Shown: positions 20,449 to 30,109 of the stretch, piece by piece
Layout: every line of letters starts with the position of its first letter
How positions within the stretch are numbered: the first letter of the stretch is position 1
Origin: Thermoplasmatales archaeon
GTDB lineage: Archaea > Thermoplasmatota > Thermoplasmata > Thermoplasmatales > Thermoplasmataceae
Assembly: GCA_027310185.1 (NCBI GenBank)
Contig: DAIDBH010000018.1
Location: 64,001-128,000 of the forward strand
Length of the DNA: 64,000 bases
Direction of reading: 5' to 3'
Position numbers and translations under genes: made by a program
Notes under the pieces: generated by a model
Databases searched by the model: none
Told to the model about the DNA's origin: nothing
The model's input: only the letters and a program-made list of their open reading frames with translations

Positions 20449-21294
20449 ATGAGCGGTATCATTATTGTTCATGGCGGAGTAGGATCAAAGGGAAGATCAC
20501 CGGAAGATATGAACGGTGTTGCATCAAAAAGCATGGATGAAGATGTACTCAAAACAGTCGTGAATGCAGTTGTAAGTATGGAAGATGACCCAAGATTCAA
20601 CGCCGGGACAGGGTCAGTCATAAGGATAGATGGCTCCATACAGATGGATGCCGCGGTAGCAGTCCCAGGTTCTTTCGGTTCAGTGATCAATATAGAAAGA
20701 GTCAGGAATCCTGTACTTGTCGCCCTCGATGTTATGCAGAAAACGCCACATATAGCAATAGCCGGATCAGGAGCTGTACAGTTTGCAAGAAGGTCTGGTT
20801 ATCCAGATTATGATCCAGTTACAGAAAAAGCCAGAGTAGCATATAAAAAGATGGTAAACGCCATCAATGACAAAGCAAATGAGGAAGAAAGGTACGCAAC
20901 AATAAAGAGGTTGATAGAGGAGGGGCTCGTGGAAGAGCCACATGACACCGTTGGTGCAGTAGCGTACATAAATGGTAAATTCGCGGCTGCGGTTTCAACA
21001 GGAGGTGCTTCCCCAATGATGCCAGGAAGAGTAGGTGATGTGCCACTTATAGGTGCAGGAATTTACTGCGGTCTCAACGGTGCAGTGGTTGCGACCGGAC
21101 TGGGTGAGGAAATTGCAAAAAAGCTTCTATGTTACAGAATTTACTCAAGAATAGGAGAGGAACCACTGAACAAGATACTTATGGAAGAAATAGATAACAT
21201 GGAAGGCAAGCTTGCAGGTGTCATTGCCGTTTCCAGAAAGGAATACGGCTTCTTTTCAAATGGAGCGATGCCAGTAGACTCATTTGAATTCTAA
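20449..21294 (+). CDS. Isoaspartyl peptidase/L-asparaginase (Ntn hydrolase)
   Basis: VHGGVG, FNAGTGS, D-TVGAVA autocleavage site, STGG, GRVGD. Confidence 0.92.
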   Translation: MSGIIIVHGGVGSKGRSPEDMNGVASKSMDEDVLKTVVNAVVSMEDDPRFNAGTGSVIRIDGSIQMDAAVAVPGSFGSVINIERVRNPVLVALDVMQKTPHIAIAGSGAVQFARRSGYPDYDPVTEKARVAYKKMVNAINDKANEEERYATIKRLIEEGLVEEPHDTVGAVAYINGKFAAAVSTGGASPMMPGRVGDVPLIGAGIYCGLNGAVVATGLGEEIAKKLLCYRIYSRIGEEPLNKILMEEIDNMEGKLAGVIAVSRKEYGFFSNGAMPVDSFEF

Positions 21295-21394
21295 TTTTTA
21301 ACCATACCGGTTATCTTATTTAAAAATATGTGCTTAACCTCCTTTTTTTATGAAAATTTATATTGAAAGAATACATGAATAGCGGTCTGGGAAT

Positions 21395-22453
21395 ATGGAG
21401 TTTGATAAATTTAAATTTATGCAATTCCCACGTGATATCTACGTGGGTCACGGCGTTTTACAGAGAATCAGCGAAGTAACTGAAAAAAATCTTAGAAATG
21501 GAAAGGTCTGTATTGTCACCGGTGAAAATACAATAAAGGTTGCAGGCAAGGAAATTTCAGATATGCTATCAGACAGTTCCATAGATAATCAGATAATCAT
21601 AGCTGGAAGCGCAGACGAAATAAATTTAACTAAGGTAACTGAACTTGCAAAGGAATATGGTGCAGGAATGATCATCGGCGTGGGAGGTGGAAGCAAGATT
21701 GATCTTGCAAAGAAAACTGCTTATTACCTGGGAGTACCTCTCATAAGTGTACCGACAACCCCAAGTCATGATGGAATAGCATCGCCAAGAGCCTCAATAA
21801 AGAGGAATGGGTGGTCTGTGTCAGAGGAAGGGGTCATGCCCGTATCAATTATAGCTGATACCGCGGTCATGATAAAGGTTCCATTCAGGTACCTTTCCGC
21901 AGGTGCAGCAGATGTAATTTCAAACGAAACAGCAATAATGGACTGGAAATTAGCGAACAGGATAAAGGGGGAAGATTACAGCAGCAGTGCAGCTGCCATA
22001 GCAGAGTACGCTGCAAGGGAGCTCATAGAGAAATCTCATTTAATAATGCCTGGCGTGGAGGAATCTGTATGGCTGGTTACCAAGCAGATCCTTGCTTCAG
22101 GTACTTCAATGGCAATAGCAGCCTCATCAAGGCCAGCCAGCGGAGGCGAGCATCTGATCGCTCACGCACTGGACATGATGGCGCCAGGAAAAGCCATACA
22201 TGGAGAACAGGTCGCTCTTGGTTCTATTATAACAATGTTTCTGCATGGAGGGGACTGGAAGGCCCTCGCCGAAATATACAGGAACATCGGTATCAAGACC
22301 AGGGCAAGTGATTACGGCATAAGTGATACCATAATGGTGCAGGCCGTAAGAACGGCTCACAGGATAAGACCTGAGAGATTTACGATCCTTGGAGACATGG
22401 ATCTGAGTTACAGCGCTGCTGAGAACGCCCTCAAAATAACCAATATAATTTAA
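21395..22453 (+). CDS. egsA: Glycerol-1-phosphate dehydrogenase
   Basis: GVGGG, SHDGIASP, SRPASGGEH, HGEQV, RPERFTIL. Confidence 0.95.
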   Translation: MEFDKFKFMQFPRDIYVGHGVLQRISEVTEKNLRNGKVCIVTGENTIKVAGKEISDMLSDSSIDNQIIIAGSADEINLTKVTELAKEYGAGMIIGVGGGSKIDLAKKTAYYLGVPLISVPTTPSHDGIASPRASIKRNGWSVSEEGVMPVSIIADTAVMIKVPFRYLSAGAADVISNETAIMDWKLANRIKGEDYSSSAAAIAEYAARELIEKSHLIMPGVEESVWLVTKQILASGTSMAIAASSRPASGGEHLIAHALDMMAPGKAIHGEQVALGSIITMFLHGGDWKALAEIYRNIGIKTRASDYGISDTIMVQAVRTAHRIRPERFTILGDMDLSYSAAENALKITNII

Positions 22454-22472
22454 TTATAAGGAGGGAAAATAA

Positions 22473-22925
22473 ATGGCAGCAAAGATATCCTTAATAGGAT
22501 TGGATCAGGCAGAAGTGGGTCATGTATTCAGGTTCGTGCAACCCTTACAGACCTGTTCTGAATGCAAGATAAAGAATGTATGTTTTAATCTGGAACATGG
22601 TAAAAGATACAGGATAAAGGAAGTGAGGAAACAACAGCATCCATGCATGGTCTATAACCATGACAAGGTAGCAACTGTTGAGGTTGAAGAGATGGATGAG
22701 GATCTCGTCGTTGAATACGGAAACAAGATCCAGGAAGGCTCGACACTGTCCCTGAAGAGCAGGAAATGCGATCACATAACCTGCGAGTTCATAGAAAAGT
22801 GTAACCTGACATATTATGGTGATGAGGTGAAATTCAACATCAGGAAGATAATGCATAAGGTAGACTGCCCGAAGGGTTACAATATGAAGATGATCGAGGC
22901 AAAGCTGGTTAACGGAAAGAACTAG
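22473..22925 (+). CDS. UPF0179 family protein
   Basis: Cys pattern CSECKIKNVC...HPC...CP; typical egsA neighbour. Confidence 0.85.
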   Translation: MAAKISLIGLDQAEVGHVFRFVQPLQTCSECKIKNVCFNLEHGKRYRIKEVRKQQHPCMVYNHDKVATVEVEEMDEDLVVEYGNKIQEGSTLSLKSRKCDHITCEFIEKCNLTYYGDEVKFNIRKIMHKVDCPKGYNMKMIEAKLVNGKN

Positions 22926-22932
22926 GAAAATC

Positions 22933-24090
22933 ATGTCATCAATTAAAATCGGCATAGCGGGAAAGCCAAATGCAGGTAAATCCACACTTTTTTCTGCCAT
23001 CACCGGAACAATGGTCGCCATTGGGAATTATGCATTCACAACAACCCAGCCAAACGATGGGATAGGCTTCATGGACACAGTATGCCCGCATCTCGAACTG
23101 GGTAAGCCTTGCAATCCCAGAAGGGGAAGATGTGAAAACGGTACAAGATTCATACCTGTAGAAATGGTAGACGTACCGGGGTTGATAGAGGGATCAAGCG
23201 AAGGCAAGGGCATGGGCAACATGTTCATGGATGCCCTGAGGGATACAACGGCCATAATCAATCTACTTGATCCTGTAAGCGAAGAAAAGCGGATTTTGAG
23301 TCCGGAGGAGCTGATCCATGATGCCGAATCAACCGAAAATGAAATAATAAGATGGTTCACATCAAGATTTTCAAGTGACTGGGAAAAATTCTCAAGAAAA
23401 CTATCACAGTCACACATCACACTGGAAGAAGCACTTCTTCAGAAGGCAGCATTCTTTAACCTGAAGCAGAGAGATATCAGGGAAATACTGCAGAGACATC
23501 ATTTCACAGAAGATATTACTAAATGGGGTGAAGATGAAAAAAGGGAATTTTCCTCCATAGTCATGAGTGAGATCAGGCCCATAATAAGGGTGTTGAACAA
23601 AGGAGATCTTATTGAAAACAGGAATCAATACGTGGACAGAGGATTTGTAATAATATCCTCAGATTATGAACTTTCCATTGAAAGGGCATTTAACGCAGGC
23701 CTGATAGAAGGCATAAAAGACATCCGGCCAAAGGAAAAGGCAAACCAGAAACAGAAGGAAGCAATCCAGAAGATGGATACAGATTATAAGTCAGGATCAC
23801 TATCAAGAATTTTTGATGTGTTGACAGATATAATCAGGAAGAACCTGAGAAAGATAGTTGTATATCCAGTTTATGATGAAACAAAATGGTGTGACAAGGA
23901 TGGTAACGTTCTTCCAGATGCCATAATAATGAGCCAGGGGCAGACAGCAGAGGATCTTGCATATGAGGTTCATACAGATATAGGGGAAGGATTCATAAGG
24001 GCAATCAATGGAATAACAAAGATGATCCTCGGACGGAATTATGAGTTGAAGGATTCAGATGTGATCAGGATAATTGCAAGGACAAAGTGA
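22933..24090 (+). CDS. YchF/Obg-family GTPase with TGS domain
   Basis: GKPNAGKST, DVPGL, GKGMGN, VHTDIG. Confidence 0.92.
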   Translation: MSSIKIGIAGKPNAGKSTLFSAITGTMVAIGNYAFTTTQPNDGIGFMDTVCPHLELGKPCNPRRGRCENGTRFIPVEMVDVPGLIEGSSEGKGMGNMFMDALRDTTAIINLLDPVSEEKRILSPEELIHDAESTENEIIRWFTSRFSSDWEKFSRKLSQSHITLEEALLQKAAFFNLKQRDIREILQRHHFTEDITKWGEDEKREFSSIVMSEIRPIIRVLNKGDLIENRNQYVDRGFVIISSDYELSIERAFNAGLIEGIKDIRPKEKANQKQKEAIQKMDTDYKSGSLSRIFDVLTDIIRKNLRKIVVYPVYDETKWCDKDGNVLPDAIIMSQGQTAEDLAYEVHTDIGEGFIRAINGITKMILGRNYELKDSDVIRIIARTK

Positions 24091-24157
24091 ATTTTCCTAT
24101 CCTATCTCTATCAATAAAACTTAATATAATATGGAATAATTTTTTTGGAGTGATATT

Positions 24158-25000
24158 ATAAGGAAGAGAAAGTGCAGCCAGTGTGGTTCTTCAATTCCAG
24201 ATGGTTCTGATTACTGTCCTTCCTGCGGAACCATCTATGACTCTGGCATGAAATATGGTAGTAAATATCATTTAAGATCAGGCAAGAAGACAGTTGATCT
24301 TGGAAATATACTGCCCGGGGAAAGAATACTTGGAGAATACTCTCCATCAAGCAAGACCTACAGAAAGGTTGCAATATCAAGAATTGTCTCAACCTTTATA
24401 TCATTTTTATCTCCTGTTCTCCTGGCATTGATTGAGTTGTTGGGTTCCGGTTCAGATCCACTTCTTAACATTGGCGAAATTCTCACAACACTCGGAATAA
24501 CCATCATCCTAGCTTCTATCATACTTGGGCTTGAACTGGCCAAGTACAGGAAAGAATTCACTGCAAGATATGTAATTACCAGTACAAGGGTTGTAAAAAT
24601 TATAAAAAACCGGATAAAAATGGATCTCGCAATTGATAATATTGAGAACGCGGTGATAACATTTGGAGCAATTTTCCGTTCAAAGGATTATGCCGTGTTC
24701 TTTCCACAAAAGGGTTACATGGATCTAAAGGGGGTTAACCTCAATATTCCCATGGTAACCAGCAGGGTTGCAGAACTGGGGCATATGGAAGAAGAAAGCT
24801 ATGCTAAAGTAATAAAGAACAAGAATGGCAGCGTAACCATTGGTAATGCGAGGATCGCAAGAACTCACCTGAAGAACCTGAGGAAGATAAGAAAGGATAT
24901 GATGCATAGATCATTTCTATTTCTAACAGAGGAAATGGCAAGGGAAGCAGCAAGAACATACTGGGATTTTGTGAAGAATATTAAAGGAAGCCCCCAGTAG
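24158..25000 (+). CDS. Zinc-ribbon plus two-TM membrane protein (first ATG 24248; proposed start ATA 24158)
   Basis: In-frame CSQC-x9-CPSC lies upstream of the ATG; two TMs, then a YVITSTRV PH-like segment. Confidence 0.65.
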   Translation: MRKRKCSQCGSSIPDGSDYCPSCGTIYDSGMKYGSKYHLRSGKKTVDLGNILPGERILGEYSPSSKTYRKVAISRIVSTFISFLSPVLLALIELLGSGSDPLLNIGEILTTLGITIILASIILGLELAKYRKEFTARYVITSTRVVKIIKNRIKMDLAIDNIENAVITFGAIFRSKDYAVFFPQKGYMDLKGVNLNIPMVTSRVAELGHMEEESYAKVIKNKNGSVTIGNARIARTHLKNLRKIRKDMMHRSFLFLTEEMAREAARTYWDFVKNIKGSPQ

Positions 25001-25017
25001 GGATTAAGTGAGTTAAA

Positions 25018-25557
25018 TCATCTGTAATTTTTGTTCATCAGTTCATAGTAAAATTCATCGACATAGCCATCTCCTGGAACGAAATGATGTTCTTTCATTG
25101 TTCCACATTTAATAAAGCCATTTTTTTCCATGACTTTCTGAGAGGCAACATTAGGTTTGTAAACGTTTGAGTAAAGCTTGCGAAGGTTCATGGTTTTGAA
25201 TGCAAATTCAACAATCAACCCCAGTGACTCAGTCATATAACCCCTTCCCCATTTTTCCTTCGATAGAAAATATCCAACATGACCATTCCTGTCTGTATCT
25301 ATGGGTCCAATACCAATTATTCCAGCTACTTCCTTTGTCTCATTCTCAATGATCGCAAAGTTTACACTCTTCTCATACACATTTGCTGAATTATCTATCC
25401 ATTCGTATTCATCAACCAGTGAATAAATTCTGGATGGCGATGACAGGAATCTGTGTACCTCGGGATCATTGATTATCCTGTAAAGTGTGGGGGCATCCTC
25501 ACGAACAAGTACTGCCAGAGAGACATGCTCCCCCCTGCAGATGACTACTCTTTCCAT
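25018..25557 (-). CDS. GNAT acetyltransferase, RimJ/RimL type
   Basis: GYFL...WGRGYMTE, NVASQKVMEKNGF. Confidence 0.9.
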   Translation of the reverse strand: MERVVICRGEHVSLAVLVREDAPTLYRIINDPEVHRFLSSPSRIYSLVDEYEWIDNSANVYEKSVNFAIIENETKEVAGIIGIGPIDTDRNGHVGYFLSKEKWGRGYMTESLGLIVEFAFKTMNLRKLYSNVYKPNVASQKVMEKNGFIKCGTMKEHHFVPGDGYVDEFYYELMNKNYR

Positions 25558-25660
25558 TGAACCTGTTATTCCTGCATACTAGTTAAATCATAATATTTCT
25601 TTATTTTTATAATGTGATCATCATGATCATAAAATATGGGAAGTTTATATCATATCATAA

Positions 25661-26248
25661 ATGGACTTTGTAGTTTCTCACCACCTGCTGCCATCTAATA
25701 TACTTGGGTACTCCTCGTTCACGGTAAATCTGATTCTACTGTTAATCGGGATAGGGCTGAGCTTCAGGGGGGAAAAGTCATGGAAACTCATAATGCTGGC
25801 TCTTGGAGCATATGGAGGCTTTGTAATAACTGCATATATACTGGTAAGATTCCATTTCACCGGATTACCAACCATACTCATATTTGCCATAGGGATAGTA
25901 ATAGGAGCGGTTGCTTTCAAGTTCCTGGCTGAAATTGCCATTTGTGCATCCATAGCATTCACTGTATTTATAGGGTTAAATTATGTATCTGGAGCTGGAG
26001 TCGTGATTGCAGGCATAGCAGCCCTGATCGCTTTTGTTGTGACGTATTACAGATTCGACAAGGTCGTCATTTATGTTGCTGCGTTTGCAGGGGCACTTGC
26101 AATCTGGATTGCTCTATACGGAATGGGTTTGCCAGATGTCAGTGCCCAGGTTTTTGCAGCTGCAGCAATGATAATGGGAATTGTACTGCAGAAATATGAG
26201 GCAAGCCAGGATAAAATTGATAGAAACAGGATCAGGTCAGATTACTGA
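25661..26248 (+). CDS. Multi-pass membrane protein (DUF4203-like)
   Basis: ~7 Gly/Ala-rich TM helices. Confidence 0.7.
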   Translation: MDFVVSHHLLPSNILGYSSFTVNLILLLIGIGLSFRGEKSWKLIMLALGAYGGFVITAYILVRFHFTGLPTILIFAIGIVIGAVAFKFLAEIAICASIAFTVFIGLNYVSGAGVVIAGIAALIAFVVTYYRFDKVVIYVAAFAGALAIWIALYGMGLPDVSAQVFAAAAMIMGIVLQKYEASQDKIDRNRIRSDY

Positions 26249-27956
26249 CGAAGCTGTCCAGGCGATCAATAAATTTCTGGGCATCTTCAACACATCCATA
26301 ATCTGCATACCTGAATATGGGTGCATTGGGATCATTGTTAACTGCCAGAATATTTTTGGCGTATCTCAATCCAACAATGTGATAATCCATTCCTGCCACA
26401 CCCAGAGCAATATAAAGATCAGGCGCTATGGATAATCCGGTAAGACCGATCTGCTGCTGCCTTGGCATCATTCTCATATCAACCACCGGTCTTGTTCCGC
26501 CAACTGCAATTCCAAGCTTTTCTCCAAGATCAACAACATGATCTATGGCTTGTTTTCCTTTCACTCCCCTTCCAATGCCAATAACAATGTTTGAAGATTG
26601 CAGTGGAATATATTTCGATTCAATTATCCTGTTATCAATTATGCTGTATCTTCCAGAGTTTTTTAAATCTATTTCCTGAACGGATATTTTCTGGTCTGTC
26701 ACTTTTTCAATGAATATCCCCGGTCTTACGGTTGCAATTTCCGGTTTTGTTTTAGATGTTATCCTTGCTACAATACCTCCACCAAAGGCTGGCTTGTACT
26801 GAATAAGGTTTCCACCCTCAATCTTTAGGTCAACGCAATCTGCGGTCAATCCAAGGGATAGTTCCGCAGATATCATACCAGCTACATCCTTTCCCAGGGA
26901 GTTGGAAGGGATAATCACAAAATTCGGTCTTTCTTTCTCTATGTAACTTGTCAGGAAAGTGGAAATTGAGTAAATATCCTCAGAGTTGAAGTGGATGTAT
27001 TTGCTGGCGGTCATTCCACTGAGCAATCCAGGATCAACATTTCCTATCATAACAGGTTCTGCACTGATCTGGAAAGAAAGATCATTGAGTTTTGTTGCAA
27101 TCTGCATTGCAGAGTCCCTGTCTTCCAGTGCAACTCCAAGTATCCTGCCACCTGAAAAATCCTTATTTAGAGACGTTTCTTGAGGCTTCTTTTTGCTACC
27201 GCCTTCCTTAAGTTTTGTAGATATAAACTCAAACACTTCATCCATGGAGATCATTTTCACGGTTCTTTCATTGTGTAGTGCCTCAGTTCCTGAAACAACT
27301 GTAAGGGAAGCTTCATTGCCATTGATATCCAGCTTCATGCTCTCGGAGTTCACAATCTGGACCCTGTCTTTCATTGAAGGAGTACCATCTGGAACCTTCC
27401 TGGCCCTGTTAATTTTCTCGCTAACGGAGATAAGAAGAGGGAGAGAAGTGGTGATCACTCTTGTTCCCTTCTCATAGTCCTGTTCCACTTTAACATCTTT
27501 CCCGTTTTCCATTATATCAAGCTTGCTCACGCCTGATACAAAATTCATTCCTGCCATGTATGAGGTCTGTGGTGGTACCTGACTCGTCTCTCCATCAAGG
27601 GAATACCTGCCAGCAAGTACAAGATCTGGAGACTTCATCTTTATGAAATGAGAGAGAATTCTCGATGTTGCCCATGTGTCAGCCCCTCCAAATTTCCTGT
27701 CTGTTATGAGGAAAGCTTCGTCAGCTCCCATCTGCAGGCATTCATCCAGTATATCCACTGCCTGCGGCGGTCCCATGGAGGCAACCATAACCTTTGCACC
27801 ATTCTTTTCCTTTATCCTTATGGCCTCCTCAACCGCTCTTCTGTCAAAGGAATTGATGTTAAGAGGTACGCCTTCTCTAACGATCCGTCCTGTTTCAGGA
27901 TTGAAAGTTATCTTGCTTACATCAGGTACCTGTTTTGCAAGAACAAGAATGTTCAT
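26232..27956 (-). CDS. Fused electron transfer flavoprotein beta-alpha
   Basis: N-half KQVPD, GADTWATS, DGETSQVP; C-half GLTADC, PAFGG, QQIGLTG, APIFRYAD. Confidence 0.92.
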   Translation of the reverse strand: MNILVLAKQVPDVSKITFNPETGRIVREGVPLNINSFDRRAVEEAIRIKEKNGAKVMVASMGPPQAVDILDECLQMGADEAFLITDRKFGGADTWATSRILSHFIKMKSPDLVLAGRYSLDGETSQVPPQTSYMAGMNFVSGVSKLDIMENGKDVKVEQDYEKGTRVITTSLPLLISVSEKINRARKVPDGTPSMKDRVQIVNSESMKLDINGNEASLTVVSGTEALHNERTVKMISMDEVFEFISTKLKEGGSKKKPQETSLNKDFSGGRILGVALEDRDSAMQIATKLNDLSFQISAEPVMIGNVDPGLLSGMTASKYIHFNSEDIYSISTFLTSYIEKERPNFVIIPSNSLGKDVAGMISAELSLGLTADCVDLKIEGGNLIQYKPAFGGGIVARITSKTKPEIATVRPGIFIEKVTDQKISVQEIDLKNSGRYSIIDNRIIESKYIPLQSSNIVIGIGRGVKGKQAIDHVVDLGEKLGIAVGGTRPVVDMRMMPRQQQIGLTGLSIAPDLYIALGVAGMDYHIVGLRYAKNILAVNNDPNAPIFRYADYGCVEDAQKFIDRLDSFVSNLT

Positions 27957-28273
27957 TGCAGCTCTACCATTATATCTCCATTCTCTACTTTCGTTTTATA
28001 AGACTTAAGAGGAGAGATGCTCCCTGAACCCTCAGGTGGGCTTATAACCTCCCCATTTTTAGGGTTGAACGTTGCAAAATGGTTTGGGCAGATGAGTTCA
28101 TGATTATCCATGAAGCCCTCTGAAAGGTCATATTCCTCATGTGTACAGAGATATGAAGTTGCATAATAGTTTCCCCCATCCTTTATTACAAGAACCTCTA
28201 TACCGTCGACTTTTACCTTTGCCAGATCGCCATCCTTCATATTTCCGTCTTTAGCAACTTTATACCATGTCAT
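27953..28273 (-). CDS. Rieske-type ferredoxin (sulredoxin-like)
   Basis: CTH...CPNH ligand boxes, 106 aa, no membrane anchor. Confidence 0.92.
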   Translation of the reverse strand: MTWYKVAKDGNMKDGDLAKVKVDGIEVLVIKDGGNYYATSYLCTHEEYDLSEGFMDNHELICPNHFATFNPKNGEVISPPEGSGSISPLKSYKTKVENGDIMVELQ

Positions 28274-28367
28274 GGGGTTCCATTAATTTAAACTATAAAT
28301 TTCTATTGTGTTTTAAGTCCTGAAGTTCCATTCAATCGTTTTATTACATCAATAAATCTCGCTGGAT

Positions 28368-28435
28368 GAGTCAGATTTCCATCTGTTTGTCATGGGATGA
28401 TCTGGCAGTCAGGTGCAATCCGGCTTGATCATTTC
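28368..28435 (-). ncRNA. Candidate C/D-box sRNA
   Basis: ATGATCA-13nt-CTGA-15nt-ATGACAA-12nt-CTGA with TTTAAA ~25 nt upstream. Confidence 0.4.
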
Positions 28436-28499
28436 ATTAGCCATATTATAACCTTGAAATTTAAATCAGAATTAAAATAGTCAATCAAAATCCACAATT

Positions 28500-29384
28500 A
28501 TGTTTGAAAGGATGAGAGCTGGATGGAGGCTTGCAAAAAGTGTGAGAAAGTCTGTATCGAGTCATAAAGGACTCATCTCTTATCCTATTCTTGCTGGAAT
28601 CGTGGCCCTTATCATCTTTATGGCCACGTTTATCTCACTCTTCATAACAATCCCATTAAATTTATCTGGAAATAACAATATATTTCTTATTTACCTTGCT
28701 GGATTCATACTGGTATATATCCTGATAGGCTTCTTCTCAACAGTTATTCTGCTTTCAATGCTCACTGCCTACAGATCTGTCCTAAGTGGCGAGAACATGG
28801 GATTCAGGAGATCACTTGGAATTGGATTCACATACAGGAAACAGGCCTTTGAGTGGGCTGTATTCTATTCAATCCTGGTGATGATACTGAGGATGATCGA
28901 ATCCAGGTTCCGCGGTGTAGGCCGGATTATAATTGGGGCTGTGGGCTCATTCATGATCTCTGTTGCGATTTTCTTTGCCGTGCCTGCAATTCTTGATTAC
29001 AAATGTGGTCCGATCAGGGCGGTAGAGCACAGTGTTGATACCATACGAAGGAATTTTGGGCAGACTTTTGGAGGAATAGCATACATAGATCTTTATACAC
29101 TGGCAATAGTTCTCCTGGGGTTTATCATCCTTATGGCAGGCCTGCTCATAGGCATCGCAACATTGACTGCAGTGGGCTTGGCAGCTATGCTGATCCTCGG
29201 GCTGATCATCATGGCAATTGGGGCAATACTCAATTTCATGTATTCAAACGTTTTCAAGCTTGTCCTGTTTGACTATGCCAACGGAAGGGGTTTACCACCA
29301 GGATTTAACGAATCAGACATAAAGATAGCAACAAGGCAGAGAAGCTCAAGATTTGGAGGATTCACGGGGAACAGCAATCTTTAA
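28500..29384 (+). CDS. Membrane protein (DUF6159-like)
   Basis: MFERMRAGWRLAK start, ~6 TM. Confidence 0.7.
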   Translation: MFERMRAGWRLAKSVRKSVSSHKGLISYPILAGIVALIIFMATFISLFITIPLNLSGNNNIFLIYLAGFILVYILIGFFSTVILLSMLTAYRSVLSGENMGFRRSLGIGFTYRKQAFEWAVFYSILVMILRMIESRFRGVGRIIIGAVGSFMISVAIFFAVPAILDYKCGPIRAVEHSVDTIRRNFGQTFGGIAYIDLYTLAIVLLGFIILMAGLLIGIATLTAVGLAAMLILGLIIMAIGAILNFMYSNVFKLVLFDYANGRGLPPGFNESDIKIATRQRSSRFGGFTGNSNL

Positions 29385-29438
29385 AAATAACTGCACAAGT
29401 TATGAAAATGATTAATAAAGATAATAAAATATTGACCT

Positions 29439-30074
29439 GTGAGTGTATCAGCAAGGGGAAAACCATCAAGGGTAAGGGTCCTTGAAACAGTAAAGAAGCT
29501 GGATTCTCCAACACTTTCACAACTCAGTAACGAAATGAAGATGTCGAAGACCGCCATTCTGAAGCAGGTCAATCTGCTGGAAAGAGATGGAGTAATTTCA
29601 AGAACTTATGTTCAGACAGGAAAAGGAAGACCTGTCTGCAAGGTCAACGTAACAAATAACGCATATGAACAGCTCCAGGACATGTACAGAAGCATTGCAG
29701 AAGATGCCCTATCCTACGTGGAGAAAAAGTTTGGCTGCAGCATGATAAAAGAGATAATGGCCCTGAGAAACGAGAAGCTAATTGAAGAATACAGAATGGA
29801 ACTGATGGACAGGGACTGGGAATCAATGCTGGCAAAGTTCGAGGAAATGAGGAACAGGGAGGGATATCTAGCTGAAGTTACGGAAAGGCAGGATGGCTCA
29901 ATAGAAATATCAGAATTCAACTGTCCACTCATTAAAATAGCTGAGAAGTACAGGGAAGCCTGTTCATTTGAGAGGGATTTCCTGAGCTATATATTCGGAA
30001 TGGATATAATCCAGATGAGCACTGTCCTTGAAAACTCAAGGTCCTGTAAATTTATATTAAGGGAAAAGTCGTAG
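29439..30074 (+). CDS. wHTH regulator with Cys-containing C-domain (SufR-like)
   Basis: HTH with GRP wing; EFNCP, C-x12-C-x27-C. Confidence 0.82.
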   Translation: MSVSARGKPSRVRVLETVKKLDSPTLSQLSNEMKMSKTAILKQVNLLERDGVISRTYVQTGKGRPVCKVNVTNNAYEQLQDMYRSIAEDALSYVEKKFGCSMIKEIMALRNEKLIEEYRMELMDRDWESMLAKFEEMRNREGYLAEVTERQDGSIEISEFNCPLIKIAEKYREACSFERDFLSYIFGMDIIQMSTVLENSRSCKFILREKS

Positions 30075-30109
30075 GCAATCCTATAAATTCTTTGATAAAA
30101 TACCAATCC

